Positions 45,731 through 55,609 of a stretch of 64,000 nt of DNA are shown here, piece after piece (the stretch's first letter is position 1; each line of letters begins with the position of its first letter). The stretch spans positions 2,688,001 through 2,752,000 of the forward strand of contig OY771587.1 in the NCBI GenBank assembly GCA_963674825.1. Direction: 5' to 3'. A program made the translations under genes and the position numbers. Below the pieces are notes generated by a model. That model saw nothing but the letters and a program-made list of their open reading frames with translations, ran no database searches and was not told the DNA's origin. This DNA is from Candidatus Cloacimonadales bacterium. GTDB taxonomy: Bacteria; Cloacimonadota; Cloacimonadia; Cloacimonadales; JAIOQZ01.

Positions 45731-46606
45731 ATGTCGATATTGGTCAACAAAGATTCGAAGGTCATCGTTCAGGGATTCACCGGCAAAGAGGGAACCTTTC
45801 ACGCCGGACAGTGCATCGACTACGGCACCAATATCGTCGGCGGTGTGACTCCCGGAAAAGGTGGTCAGGAGCACCTCGGCAAGTCGGTTTTCGATACCTG
45901 TAGAGACGCTGTGGTAGCGACAGGCGCGAATGTCTCGCTCATTTTCGTTCCGCCCAAATTCGCAGCGGATGCAGTCATGGAAGCTGCTGAAGCCGGTGTC
46001 GAAGTGATCGTTTGCATCACCGAAGGTATCCCGGTCAAGGACATGATGATCGCCAAGAAGCTCTGCAACGCGCGTGGCGTACGGCTTGTCGGGCCGAACT
46101 GTCCTGGCATCATCACCCCGGAAGAAGCCAAGATCGGTATCATGCCCGGATTCGTTTTCAAGAAAGGACGCGTGGGCGTAATCAGTAAATCCGGAACCCT
46201 CACCTACGAAGCAGCCAACCAGGTCGTGCAGGCGGGACTGGGTGTTTCCACTGCGGTGGGTATCGGTGGCGATCCCATCATCGGAACCGGGTTCATCGAT
46301 CTTCTGGAACTGTTTGAGAAGGATCCTGAGACGGATGCCATCGTCATGATCGGCGAGATTGGCGGCGATCTGGAGATTCAGGCAGCAAGCTATATCAATG
46401 AGAATGTAACCAAGCCGGTGATTTCGTTCATCGCCGGTCAAACCGCGCCCAAAGGAAAGCGCATGGGCCATGCCGGTGCGATTATCGCCGGTAGCAAAGG
46501 CACCGCGAAAGAGAAGATGGACGCGCTTCGAGCCGCGGGAGTGTCCGTGGTCGATTCACCAGCAGAGATAGGAGTGACAGCATTCAATAGATTGAAAACC
46601 ACATAA
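45731..46606 (+). CDS. sucD: Succinate--CoA ligase alpha subunit
   Basis: [28 protein letters not shown]; start reassigned to ATG 45731. Confidence 0.97.
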   Translation: MSILVNKDSKVIVQGFTGKEGTFHAGQCIDYGTNIVGGVTPGKGGQEHLGKSVFDTCRDAVVATGANVSLIFVPPKFAADAVMEAAEAGVEVIVCITEGIPVKDMMIAKKLCNARGVRLVGPNCPGIITPEEAKIGIMPGFVFKKGRVGVISKSGTLTYEAANQVVQAGLGVSTAVGIGGDPIIGTGFIDLLELFEKDPETDAIVMIGEIGGDLEIQAASYINENVTKPVISFIAGQTAPKGKRMGHAGAIIAGSKGTAKEKMDALRAAGVSVVDSPAEIGVTAFNRLKTT

Positions 46607-46615
46607 AACAAGGAG

Positions 46616-47467
46616 ATGCTTATGCGGAACATCAACGTGAATGAGATCATTCCGGTGGTCCGGCAGCTTTGCATCGACGCCAACTACTACATCGGGGAGG
46701 ATGTTCTGAATCGCATCAAGCAGATGCGGGAGACCGAGGAATCGGATACCGCGCGCGAGGTGCTGGACATCATGCTCGAAAACTACAAGCTGGCGGCCGA
46801 AGAAAAGATGCCATCCTGTCAGGATACCGGAGTGGCGGTCGTATTCATCGAACTGGGACAAGAGGTTCACATCGAAGGCGGCGGTTTCGTCGAGGCCATC
46901 AACGAGGGAGTCCGACAGGGCTACAAGGACGGCTATCTGCGTAAATCGCTGGTCAATGACCCTATCATCGATCGGAAAAACACCGGTGACAACACACCGG
47001 CATTGATCTATACCGATATTGTCCCGGGAGACAAGCTCAAGATCACCGTAGCGCCCAAAGGCGGCGGCAGCGAGAACATGAGTGAAGTCAAGATGATGAA
47101 AGCGGCTGACGGCATCGAAGGCGTAATCGAATTCGTGGTGGACCGCATCAGACGGTCTGGAGGCAATCCCTGTCCGCCGGTGGTTGTAGGCGTCGGTTTA
47201 GGCGGCAATTTCGAGCAGAGTGCTCTGCTGGCAAAAAAATCGCTGTTGCGCCCTCTGGATCAGGAGAATCCCGATCCGAAGTGGGCGAAGGTCGAGAAAG
47301 AGATTCTGGAGAAGGTCAACAAACTGGGGATTGGTCCGCAGGGCTTTGGTGGCAGAACCACCGCCCTGGGCGTGAGCATCCTCCATAAACCGTGCCACAT
47401 CGCTTCCATGCCGGTTGCGGTGAACGTACAGTGCCACGCGGCACGGCACAAGAGCGCGGTGATATGA
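46616..47467 (+). CDS. Class I fumarate hydratase (Fe-S hydro-lyase) alpha subunit
   Basis: CQDTG, KGGGSEN, GNPCPP, GIGPQGFGG, CHAARH. Confidence 0.92.
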   Translation: MLMRNINVNEIIPVVRQLCIDANYYIGEDVLNRIKQMRETEESDTAREVLDIMLENYKLAAEEKMPSCQDTGVAVVFIELGQEVHIEGGGFVEAINEGVRQGYKDGYLRKSLVNDPIIDRKNTGDNTPALIYTDIVPGDKLKITVAPKGGGSENMSEVKMMKAADGIEGVIEFVVDRIRRSGGNPCPPVVVGVGLGGNFEQSALLAKKSLLRPLDQENPDPKWAKVEKEILEKVNKLGIGPQGFGGRTTALGVSILHKPCHIASMPVAVNVQCHAARHKSAVI

Positions 47468-48180
47468 ACTTCAGCGCCTTCCGCAAGACCAGACTCTTCC
47501 ATCGACTCAAGCTGATTGCCCTGCCGGTGTTGCGTCCGTTCTTCAAGACGCGCATCAAGCGTTGGGCGGAATTCACCTACTGGAAAGAGCAGTGGGAGAA
47601 GGAAGGCGGTACCTTCGCGAACGCACACTACAAGCCATTGATGCTGGCCGTGGCTGGCGAGAACGATGCGGAATTCCTGCGCGATAAACACGTTGCCGAT
47701 TTCGGCTGCGGGCCGCGCGGAAGCCTCTGCTGGGCGAAAGACGCCCGTTCGCGCATCGGGATCGATGTGCTCATCGACCAGTATGCGAAACTGGGAATTG
47801 CCGAGCATGACATGGTCTATGTATGCAATACCGAGAAGTGGATTCCGCTGCCGGATAACTACATCGATGTCATGTTCATGATCAACTCACTGGACCATTG
47901 CTCCGACCTCGGAAGCTCGTGCAAGGAAATCCTGCGCGTGATGAAAAAGGGCGCGCTGCTCGTCGGTTCCTTCGGACTGGAGGAGGAGATGAGCGCTGCC
48001 GAACCCACCACGCTCACCATGAAGAAGCTCAACGGCTGCCTTCTGGACAAATTCCGCATCGAGCGCATGATCCTCGGTCCCAAGGGACCCGACGGCGACA
48101 CTTACTGCCACATGGCAAATCCGCCTGAGATAATCCCCGACGGACCGCGCATCCTGTGGGTCAGAGCAACCAAGCTTTAA
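47464..48180 (+). CDS. Class I SAM-dependent methyltransferase
   Basis: VADFGCGP motif I, IPLPDNYIDV, NSLDH, EILRVMKKG; ATGA overlap with the alpha subunit. Confidence 0.82.
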   Translation: MNFSAFRKTRLFHRLKLIALPVLRPFFKTRIKRWAEFTYWKEQWEKEGGTFANAHYKPLMLAVAGENDAEFLRDKHVADFGCGPRGSLCWAKDARSRIGIDVLIDQYAKLGIAEHDMVYVCNTEKWIPLPDNYIDVMFMINSLDHCSDLGSSCKEILRVMKKGALLVGSFGLEEEMSAAEPTTLTMKKLNGCLLDKFRIERMILGPKGPDGDTYCHMANPPEIIPDGPRILWVRATKL

Positions 48181-48189
48181 GGAGAAACC

Positions 48190-48747
48190 ATGGCAAAGAC
48201 CGTCTATCTGCAAACTCCTTTGAAATCGGAAGACCTCGTAAAGCTCGAAGTGGGCGACAAGGTCTATCTCTCCGGAATTATCTACACAGGGCGTGACGCC
48301 GCGCATAAACGGCTCGTGGCGCTGCTCGACGAGAATAAAGCGCTTCCCTTCGATGCCGAGGGCTCGGTTATATACTACGTAGGGCCTGCTCCGGCACCTC
48401 CGGGAAAGCCCATCGGCTCAGCCGGTCCAACCACCAGTTACCGCATGGATCCCTACGCGCCGGCGTTGCTCGACGCGGGAATGAAAGCCATGATCGGCAA
48501 AGGGCCGCGCGGCGATAAGGTGGTGGACTCGATGAAAAAGAACCGCGCCGTGTATCTGGCCGCCATCGGTGGCGCTGCGGTGGTGGTAGCGAAATCGATC
48601 AAAGACGCGAGAATCATCGCGTACGAAGACCTCGGCCCCGAAGCAATCCGTGAGCTCAAGGTAGAAAATTTCCCTTGCATCGTCGCCAACGACACCCAGG
48701 GAAACGACATTTACAAGCTCGGCGTGGAGACGTATAAGAGGGATTGA
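48190..48747 (+). CDS. Class I fumarate hydratase beta subunit
   Basis: GRDAAHKR, GPTTSYRMD, MIGKG, DLGPEAI. Confidence 0.92.
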   Translation: MAKTVYLQTPLKSEDLVKLEVGDKVYLSGIIYTGRDAAHKRLVALLDENKALPFDAEGSVIYYVGPAPAPPGKPIGSAGPTTSYRMDPYAPALLDAGMKAMIGKGPRGDKVVDSMKKNRAVYLAAIGGAAVVVAKSIKDARIIAYEDLGPEAIRELKVENFPCIVANDTQGNDIYKLGVETYKRD

Positions 48748-48768
48748 TTTCCGGTTCTCATCTTTTAC

Positions 48769-48792
48769 GGGCGGATTAATTCCGCCCTTTTT
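48769..48792 (+). terminator. Intrinsic terminator
   Basis: gggcgga-ttaat-tccgccc-ttttt. Confidence 0.8.
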
Positions 48793-48985
48793 CTTATGCG
48801 TCGATACATATCCATTTAATTCCCATCGTACGAATTATCCATACACCAACGAGATAGGAAACAGGTGTGAGTGAACTTCATTATGGGCGTTGGTCTAAAA
48901 ATGAACAGCCATGTGTTTCGTGTACGCTTTACCTTGACAGAATGGTTTTTCTGGGCAGTGTTGCCGTCAAATTCAAGGAGGATTC

Positions 48986-49813
48986 ATGAAACGAATCATT
49001 TATTTCGTATTGGCAGCTTTGATTGCGCTTACCTTTTTTGCATGCGACAGCAGCAGTGACAGCGATGGAGGTGGTTCCAATAACCTCGTCGAATCTATTC
49101 GTAACGCAGATTTCATGATCGATGTTGCTGGGAATGAATACCGCGGCACGTATATTTCCGTTACCATTTCTTCGGATGTTGTCGATTATGAAACATTCAT
49201 GGGCACATTCATCCATACTCTTACCGTGGATGGCGAAGACATGACACAATACCAGAGTAGCTACGCCGATGTCGATTGGGTGACCTACTATCTTCCCACA
49301 TCCCTGGTCGCAGGACAAACGTACGCGATGACCTACAAGCTTCAGCTGTTCGTCGATGGCGTAAACACCCTTACAAAAGAGGTCGGCGGATCGGTCATGA
49401 TCGCAAATTCGGCTACCTGGGATGTTCCTACAGCTCCGTCAACACCTGCTGAAGAAGTGTCATTCTACTGGCAGATGGACGCAAATAACTCTCATCAGTT
49501 CGCTTTCGCTTCCTCTGAAGGCTTCGACTGGGAAACATATGATTACGAATTCGATGAATTCTGGGCAGAACTGGGTGTCGATGACCGCAGCTACACTTTT
49601 GCTGCTAATTGCGTCAATGACTACAGCGAGAACTGGGATGAAACTTACCTCTGGTATCAGGTTACATCATTTAACTACTTTATGAACGATGACCTGGCTA
49701 TCCTGAGCGAGACCTCCGGTTCAACTTCCTACGATCCGTGGGATCGCGCAGAATCACGCGAAGATCTTCAGAAGCGCGTTAGCGCATTTGTACGCTATCT
49801 GAGAACAAAGTAA
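48986..49813 (+). CDS. Acidic lipoprotein of unknown function (paralog of 21496-22305)
   Basis: Lipobox FFAC, Ser/Gly linker, aaggagg RBS. Confidence 0.78.
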   Translation: MKRIIYFVLAALIALTFFACDSSSDSDGGGSNNLVESIRNADFMIDVAGNEYRGTYISVTISSDVVDYETFMGTFIHTLTVDGEDMTQYQSSYADVDWVTYYLPTSLVAGQTYAMTYKLQLFVDGVNTLTKEVGGSVMIANSATWDVPTAPSTPAEEVSFYWQMDANNSHQFAFASSEGFDWETYDYEFDEFWAELGVDDRSYTFAANCVNDYSENWDETYLWYQVTSFNYFMNDDLAILSETSGSTSYDPWDRAESREDLQKRVSAFVRYLRTK

Positions 49814-49827
49814 TCTATTACCATATA

Positions 49828-49860
49828 GAAAAAGCCCTGTCAGATCGACAGGGCTTTTCT
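49828..49860. terminator. Bidirectional terminator
   Basis: aaaagccctgtc-agatc-gacagggctttt. Confidence 0.8.
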
Positions 49861-49877
49861 TATTGAACAGCTTAGAA

Positions 49878-50975
49878 TCAATCACCCAGGCAGATGCCGA
49901 GTCCACGAGCTGTGTGCATGATATTCGAATCCATCTTGATATAGTTATACTTGGCGATTGCTTCCTTTATAGGGACGGCCTTGATGTCCTGATTACGATA
50001 GGCGACCATATATCCCCATTTCTTCTCCATGACCAATTCCATCGCCTTTACGCCGAACTGTGTTGCCAATACACGATCAAATGCACAGGGCGAACCGCCA
50101 CGCTGAAGGTGACCGAGGATCGAAACGCGCATGTCCATCTCCAGCCCTACTTCCTTGAGCTCTGCCATCAAGCGCATGCCAGCGCCGCCAAGACGGAAGT
50201 TCTCGTAGCCTGGCTCGTCGCTCTTCTGCCCGACAACCGATCCGCCTTTCGGCATTGCGCCTTCGGCGATAACGATATTCACGAAGCCACGTCCGCGTTT
50301 GTAGCGGCTACGGATACGATCTGCGATTATATTGATATCATAAGGTATTTCAGGGATAAGGCAGATCTCTGCTCCACCACCAATTGCTGCGTAGAGAGCG
50401 ATCCAGCCTGCGTCGCGTCCCATCACCTCGAGGATCATGGTGCGGTTGTGGCTTTCGGCAGTCGAGACCAGCTTGTCAACTGCGTCAGTTGCAATTTCCA
50501 CCGCAGTCTGGAAACCGAAAGTAAAATCGGTGGTCTCAAGATCATTGTCGATAGTCTTTGGCACGCCGACGACATTAAGTCCTTTCTCGAAGAGAGCTTG
50601 CGAGATTTTCTGCGAGCCGTCTCCACCGATGCTGATTACGGCGTGAACGTTCTGATACTGGAGCTTGCGGATAAGCTCGTCGGAGCGGTCAGCAGTGGTC
50701 CACGTTCCATCCGAATTCTGAATTGGCCATGAGAATGGGCCGCCTTTGTTGGTGGTCCGAATGATAGTTCCACCCTTAACGTGAATGCCGGCTACACGAG
50801 CCTTGTCCAGCCTGATAATCTCCATCGGTTCTTTCAAGATGCCGTTGTATGCTTCGATGCTGCCGAGGACTTCCCAATCGGATTCCTGACAGGCACGCTT
50901 GACGATTCCGCGAATAACGGCGTTGAGTCCCGGACAATCTCCCCCGCCTGTGACGACCATTACACGTTTTGTCAT
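49878..50975 (-). CDS. pfkA: 6-phosphofructokinase (PfkA family, GGDG type, probably ATP-dependent)
   Basis: TGGGDCPGLN, GGDGS, PKTIDND, EVMGR, LGHLQRGG. Confidence 0.93.
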   Translation of the reverse strand: MTKRVMVVTGGGDCPGLNAVIRGIVKRACQESDWEVLGSIEAYNGILKEPMEIIRLDKARVAGIHVKGGTIIRTTNKGGPFSWPIQNSDGTWTTADRSDELIRKLQYQNVHAVISIGGDGSQKISQALFEKGLNVVGVPKTIDNDLETTDFTFGFQTAVEIATDAVDKLVSTAESHNRTMILEVMGRDAGWIALYAAIGGGAEICLIPEIPYDINIIADRIRSRYKRGRGFVNIVIAEGAMPKGGSVVGQKSDEPGYENFRLGGAGMRLMAELKEVGLEMDMRVSILGHLQRGGSPCAFDRVLATQFGVKAMELVMEKKWGYMVAYRNQDIKAVPIKEAIAKYNYIKMDSNIMHTARGLGICLGD

Positions 50976-51066
50976 GGTTCCCCCTGATGATATTATTTTA
51001 CTATTACAATCATGAAATTTTATGGTGCAAGGTTGGCAAGTAAAATTTAGTGAAGCCGAGTAATCG

Positions 51067-53817
51067 CTACTCAGACCGGGAAGTCAGTCGATGAGCCGCC
51101 TCTGACATTTCTTTAAGCGTATAGGGCTTCTGTATGAAGAGGTCAGCGCCGTCATCCATCACTTCCTGTACCCGACGGTCCATGCGATAACCGGAAGCTA
51201 TTGCGATACGTGCGTCTGGATTTAAAACTTTGATCTCCTTGAAGGCTTCTCTTCCTGATTTGTGAGGCATGACCATATCGAGGATCACCGCGTCGATCTC
51301 ATGCTGTCGCTGGCGATAAGTCTCCACGCCGATCTCGCCGTCTTCCGCGATAATTACCTTGTAGCCAAGTGCATGCAGGATATCGCGTGCTGTAGCCCGG
51401 ATAATATCGTTATCATCGACAACGAGGATTGTTCCGGATCCCTTTTCAAGTGCGTTGCTCGGCCTGGTTTTCTCTGGTTCCTCTTGATGCTCTGTGGTTG
51501 CGACCGGCAGGAAGATATTAAACACAGTACCAATATTGATTTCCGAATAGATATCGATGAATCCGCCATGCTGCCGGATGATGTTGTACACCATCGAGAG
51601 CCCCAACCCGCTTCCTTTGATCCTCTTTTTCAAGGAGAAGAATGGTTCAAAGATCTTGGAGATGGTCTTCGAATCCATTCCGACACCGGAATCGCTTATT
51701 GAAATACACCAGTACTTGATCTGTTGCGCTTCCGGATGGTTCTCGGTAAAGAGTGAATCTGCTTCGACCTGCGTAAGTGCTATGGAAAGCGTACCACCGT
51801 GCTTTTCCGATGGATCGCGCATGATGGTCATGGCGTGGGAGGCGTTGATGAAGAGATTGAGCAGAGCCTGCTCAATCTGGCTGGCCTCAGCATTACACAG
51901 CGCTTTTTTTTCTGGAAGATCCGTCTCGATTTCAATCGACTTATCAAATGTGTTGCGGCAAATCTGCAGGACATTCTCGATCGAATCTTGCAATACAATC
52001 TGTGTGAAATCGACTTCCCGTTTCTGCGAGATGGTCAGTAATTGCTCGACAACCTCTCTTGCCCGGTATGCAGACTGGCTGATGATACTGGCGTAGCGAA
52101 TCAGGTTGTCGTTACTGATCGTATCCTTTGCCAGTTCGAACTCGATCAGCGAGATCGTACCTGTGATACCACCAAGGACATTATTGAAGTCATGTGCCAG
52201 GCCACCGGCGAGATTGCCAATAACCTCCATTTTTTGCGCCTGCATGAGCTGTTGATCCTTAATCTGCGCTTCGGTTATATCGTCGATACGCAGCACAACA
52301 CCGCGGCTTCCGTTGAAGAGGAGCGGGTTGAAGTTTACTTGCAGGTAGCGCTCTTTATCCCGGTAGAACGATTTTAAAACGATTTTCCGGTGAGAATTGG
52401 TTTCGAATGCGTGCTGGTATCGATCCGTATAGTCGTTCAGGAAAGGGAGGCATTCAAGGTAGTTTTTACCAATAGCGTCTTCAGGCAGTATTCCTGTAAA
52501 GAGGCTCGCAGCCTGGTTCCATTGGGATATCTCGCCATTGGCCTGAACGGTTATCAGGCTGGAATCGAGGGAATTGACGATATTATCCAGATATTCGCTG
52601 GCGGATCTGTATTGCGCTTCGGCGATCCTAAGCTTTTGCCGATCTTCCTCGATCTCGTCGTGGTTTTCCTGCAATGCGTTCATGAATGTGTTGAAGTATC
52701 CACCGAGTAGATATATCTCATTGTTGCTCAGCACGGGAATCCGAACAGACAGGTTTCCGGATGATCCCTGCTCGAAGGCTGCGATCAACTCCCTAATTGG
52801 TTTGATGATTGTCGATCTTGACCAGATGAAGAACACAGTGAATATAGTCAGTGAACCAAGAATCGACATAAGGAACACATAGCTTAGAATGCGCAATGGA
52901 TAGTAAAATTCATCCTGATATCCGCTCGACACGATAATCCATTTCAATTCAGGGTATGTATGGAAATATGCGTATTTTTTACGTGGCGCAGGGTCACCGC
53001 GATTCTTCCAGTAATATTCCACAAAGCCAATGCGATTATCCAGGAAGGTTCTCGTGAGAGGGAAACCACGTTTATCTGTCGTATCCCTGACATTTCCCGA
53101 CATCTCGGGGTGGATGACCATATTTCCATTATAGTCAACAATGAATGAGTAGCCTGTCTTACCGAATCGTTGAGAAAGGATAATGCTCTTGATATCATCC
53201 ATGTTGATGAGTTCGTGAAACTCATCTCGATAGGAGGACGCGGCGATCAGCCAGTGCCAGGGTTCGTAGTAGGACAGATACACGGCTTTGCTTCGAGGCG
53301 ACTTATCGATTGGATTCTGCCAGTCATATTCGATGTATCCATTCTTGACTTCTGCAGCGCGCCTTGCAAATGCATACGGGCTGAGATCCTGCCCTTCAAT
53401 CAATGGATGAACAACCAGGGGTAATGAATCGGGTGCGTTTGAAATATCCCATACATAGATATAGCCGGTGTCGCCTATTTTTTGCGATAGAAGGACTTCG
53501 CGAAGCTCTTTCATTCCCTGCTTTTCCGAGATATCTCCACTTTTGATCATCCTGTCGAATCGTTCAACAATCTCAAGGTTTTTTTCTGCGATAGCTCGCA
53601 GGTAGTTTCTTATCGATACATCGACGGCATGTTGTGTCAAGCGAAGCGTGTTGGCTGTGGCATCCTGCAATTCAGCTCTAACCTCGTTTTCAATTTCCGC
53701 TCGGAGGATGATGTAAGCGAACGCGAGAAATACGAGAAACAAAAACAAAATTGTGGAGAAGAGAAGTATGATCTTGATATGCAGGTAGATGCGCTTTTCC
53801 CTGAGAAGATGTTCCAT
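51067..53817 (-). CDS. Hybrid sensor kinase: Cache domains, HAMP, PAS, HisKA, HATPase, receiver
   Basis: Two TM segments, GYIYV/GYSFI Cache motifs, AHDFNNVL, DSGVGM, GSGLGL, LVVDD...LDMVMP...QKPY. Confidence 0.92.
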   Translation of the reverse strand: MEHLLREKRIYLHIKIILLFSTILFLFLVFLAFAYIILRAEIENEVRAELQDATANTLRLTQHAVDVSIRNYLRAIAEKNLEIVERFDRMIKSGDISEKQGMKELREVLLSQKIGDTGYIYVWDISNAPDSLPLVVHPLIEGQDLSPYAFARRAAEVKNGYIEYDWQNPIDKSPRSKAVYLSYYEPWHWLIAASSYRDEFHELINMDDIKSIILSQRFGKTGYSFIVDYNGNMVIHPEMSGNVRDTTDKRGFPLTRTFLDNRIGFVEYYWKNRGDPAPRKKYAYFHTYPELKWIIVSSGYQDEFYYPLRILSYVFLMSILGSLTIFTVFFIWSRSTIIKPIRELIAAFEQGSSGNLSVRIPVLSNNEIYLLGGYFNTFMNALQENHDEIEEDRQKLRIAEAQYRSASEYLDNIVNSLDSSLITVQANGEISQWNQAASLFTGILPEDAIGKNYLECLPFLNDYTDRYQHAFETNSHRKIVLKSFYRDKERYLQVNFNPLLFNGSRGVVLRIDDITEAQIKDQQLMQAQKMEVIGNLAGGLAHDFNNVLGGITGTISLIEFELAKDTISNDNLIRYASIISQSAYRAREVVEQLLTISQKREVDFTQIVLQDSIENVLQICRNTFDKSIEIETDLPEKKALCNAEASQIEQALLNLFINASHAMTIMRDPSEKHGGTLSIALTQVEADSLFTENHPEAQQIKYWCISISDSGVGMDSKTISKIFEPFFSLKKRIKGSGLGLSMVYNIIRQHGGFIDIYSEINIGTVFNIFLPVATTEHQEEPEKTRPSNALEKGSGTILVVDDNDIIRATARDILHALGYKVIIAEDGEIGVETYRQRQHEIDAVILDMVMPHKSGREAFKEIKVLNPDARIAIASGYRMDRRVQEVMDDGADLFIQKPYTLKEMSEAAHRLTSRSE

Positions 53818-54028
53818 TCATCAATCCTTGTTGTGCTTTCTCGCAGGTTGGCTACCTGCGGGATGTTCCAACAATAATATAATGAAATATGTTCAACGCA
53901 AACACGATTTCTTCCTGACAACACAAGAAAATGCAGTATACCTATTCGCTCAATTCATCGTTAAAAGAATCTTCACAGGTAATCCATGAAGAACTTGTCA
54001 GAAGTTGCAGATAGACAAAGGGGGAGAG

Positions 54029-55564
54029 ATGAATCAACGGAAACGATTTTTTACAATCATCACGATACTGCTACTGGCAACCTTTCTGGGTGCGCTGGAC
54101 TATCCGATTGTCGATACCGGCCAAACGGATTGCTTCAACAATACAACCACAATCGAATCACCATCCGCTGGAGAAGCTTTCTTCGGACAGGATGCGCAAT
54201 ACGACGGAAATCAACCACAATATACCGATAATGGCGACGGTACGGTTACAGACAATATCACCGGCCTGATGTGGCAGAAGGGTTACTCTGAGGTGAAGCG
54301 CACCTTCAGCCAGGCCGTAGAAGAAGCAAATGACTTCGAGCTTGCAGGGTATACCGATTGGCGATTGCCTACAATTAAAGAACTCTACTCACTGATCCTG
54401 TTCTCGGGAATCGATCCCAGTGGATACGAAGGCACTGACGTTACCTGGATGGTTCCATTCATCGATACGGACTATTTCGACTTCCGTTACGGCCTCTCCG
54501 ACGAAGGAGAGCGTGTCATTGATGCACAATATGTGTCTTCGACCGAATATGTCGGAACCGTATTCAATGGCGTTAGTGCTGTGTTTGGCGTGAATTTCGC
54601 TGATGGCAGGATCAAGGGCTATCCATCGGGCGTTACCGAGATGGGTGAGAAGCTGTTTGAGGTTAAATATGTGCGGGGCGCAACGAGTTACGGCACGAAT
54701 GATTTCGTGAATTTCCAGGATGGTATTGTCGTCGACCACGCGACTGGCTTGATGTGGACGCTGAATGACAGCGGTGAAGCCATGAACTGGCAGGAAGCCC
54801 TGGCCTGGGTGCAGCAATGCAACGCGGAAGAATATCTGGGTTATAGTGACTGGCGTTTGCCGAATGTCAAGGAGCTCGAGAGCCTCGTTGATTACACCAG
54901 AGCACCTGATGTCACCGATTCACCTGCGATTGACCCGATTTTCAATGTAACAGCTATCACCAATGAAGGTGGTGTTACTGATTATCCGTATTTCTGGAGC
55001 TCGACCACGCACGAGAATTTCCGGGATACCAATGGAGAAGCAGGGTGCTATGTCTCGTTTGGAAGAGCGTTGGGCTGGATGACTGTCCCTCGATATGCGC
55101 GTGATTACGTATTGATGGACGTTCACGGTGCTGGAGCTCAACGCAGCGATTACAAGGCTGGTGATCCTGGTGATTATCCTTATGGTCACGGTCCTCAGGG
55201 GGATGTAGTGCGAATGTACAATTTTGTTCGTCTGGTGCGCGATTCTGAGCTGGAAGTTGATCAGGATACGGAAGATACACCGGAAACCGGCATGCTGGAG
55301 ATGGATATTTTCCCGAATCCGTTCAATCCCGATACGACGATCAAGTTCGATCTTGATGAGCCCGGAAACGTTACGTTGGATATCTTCAATGTTCGAGGGC
55401 AGAAAGTGCAAAAATTGGTCAATGGAATCCTGGAAACAGGTAGCCATTACATAGCCTGGAATGGTAAAGATCTTGCAGGGAAATCGGTTTCCTCCGGGAT
55501 CTATCTCGCGAGATTACAAACTGAAGGAAGCGCGGTGTCGTCCCGGATGACATTGCTGAAATAG
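54029..55564 (+). CDS. Secreted DUF1566 (Lcl-C) tandem-domain protein with FlgD-Ig C-terminal domain
   Basis: DNITGLMW...DWRLPTIKEL twice; C-terminal FPNPFNP...SSGIY..RMTLLK. Confidence 0.88.
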   Translation: MNQRKRFFTIITILLLATFLGALDYPIVDTGQTDCFNNTTTIESPSAGEAFFGQDAQYDGNQPQYTDNGDGTVTDNITGLMWQKGYSEVKRTFSQAVEEANDFELAGYTDWRLPTIKELYSLILFSGIDPSGYEGTDVTWMVPFIDTDYFDFRYGLSDEGERVIDAQYVSSTEYVGTVFNGVSAVFGVNFADGRIKGYPSGVTEMGEKLFEVKYVRGATSYGTNDFVNFQDGIVVDHATGLMWTLNDSGEAMNWQEALAWVQQCNAEEYLGYSDWRLPNVKELESLVDYTRAPDVTDSPAIDPIFNVTAITNEGGVTDYPYFWSSTTHENFRDTNGEAGCYVSFGRALGWMTVPRYARDYVLMDVHGAGAQRSDYKAGDPGDYPYGHGPQGDVVRMYNFVRLVRDSELEVDQDTEDTPETGMLEMDIFPNPFNPDTTIKFDLDEPGNVTLDIFNVRGQKVQKLVNGILETGSHYIAWNGKDLAGKSVSSGIYLARLQTEGSAVSSRMTLLK

Positions 55565-55585
55565 ATAAACGTTACTTGAATCGGT

Positions 55586-55609
55586 GCCGGTATTCTTCGG
55601 GATACCGGC
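55586..55609. terminator. Hairpin terminator with cUUCGg loop between convergent genes
   Basis: gccggtattc-ttcg-ggataccggc followed by a T-rich run. Confidence 0.7.
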
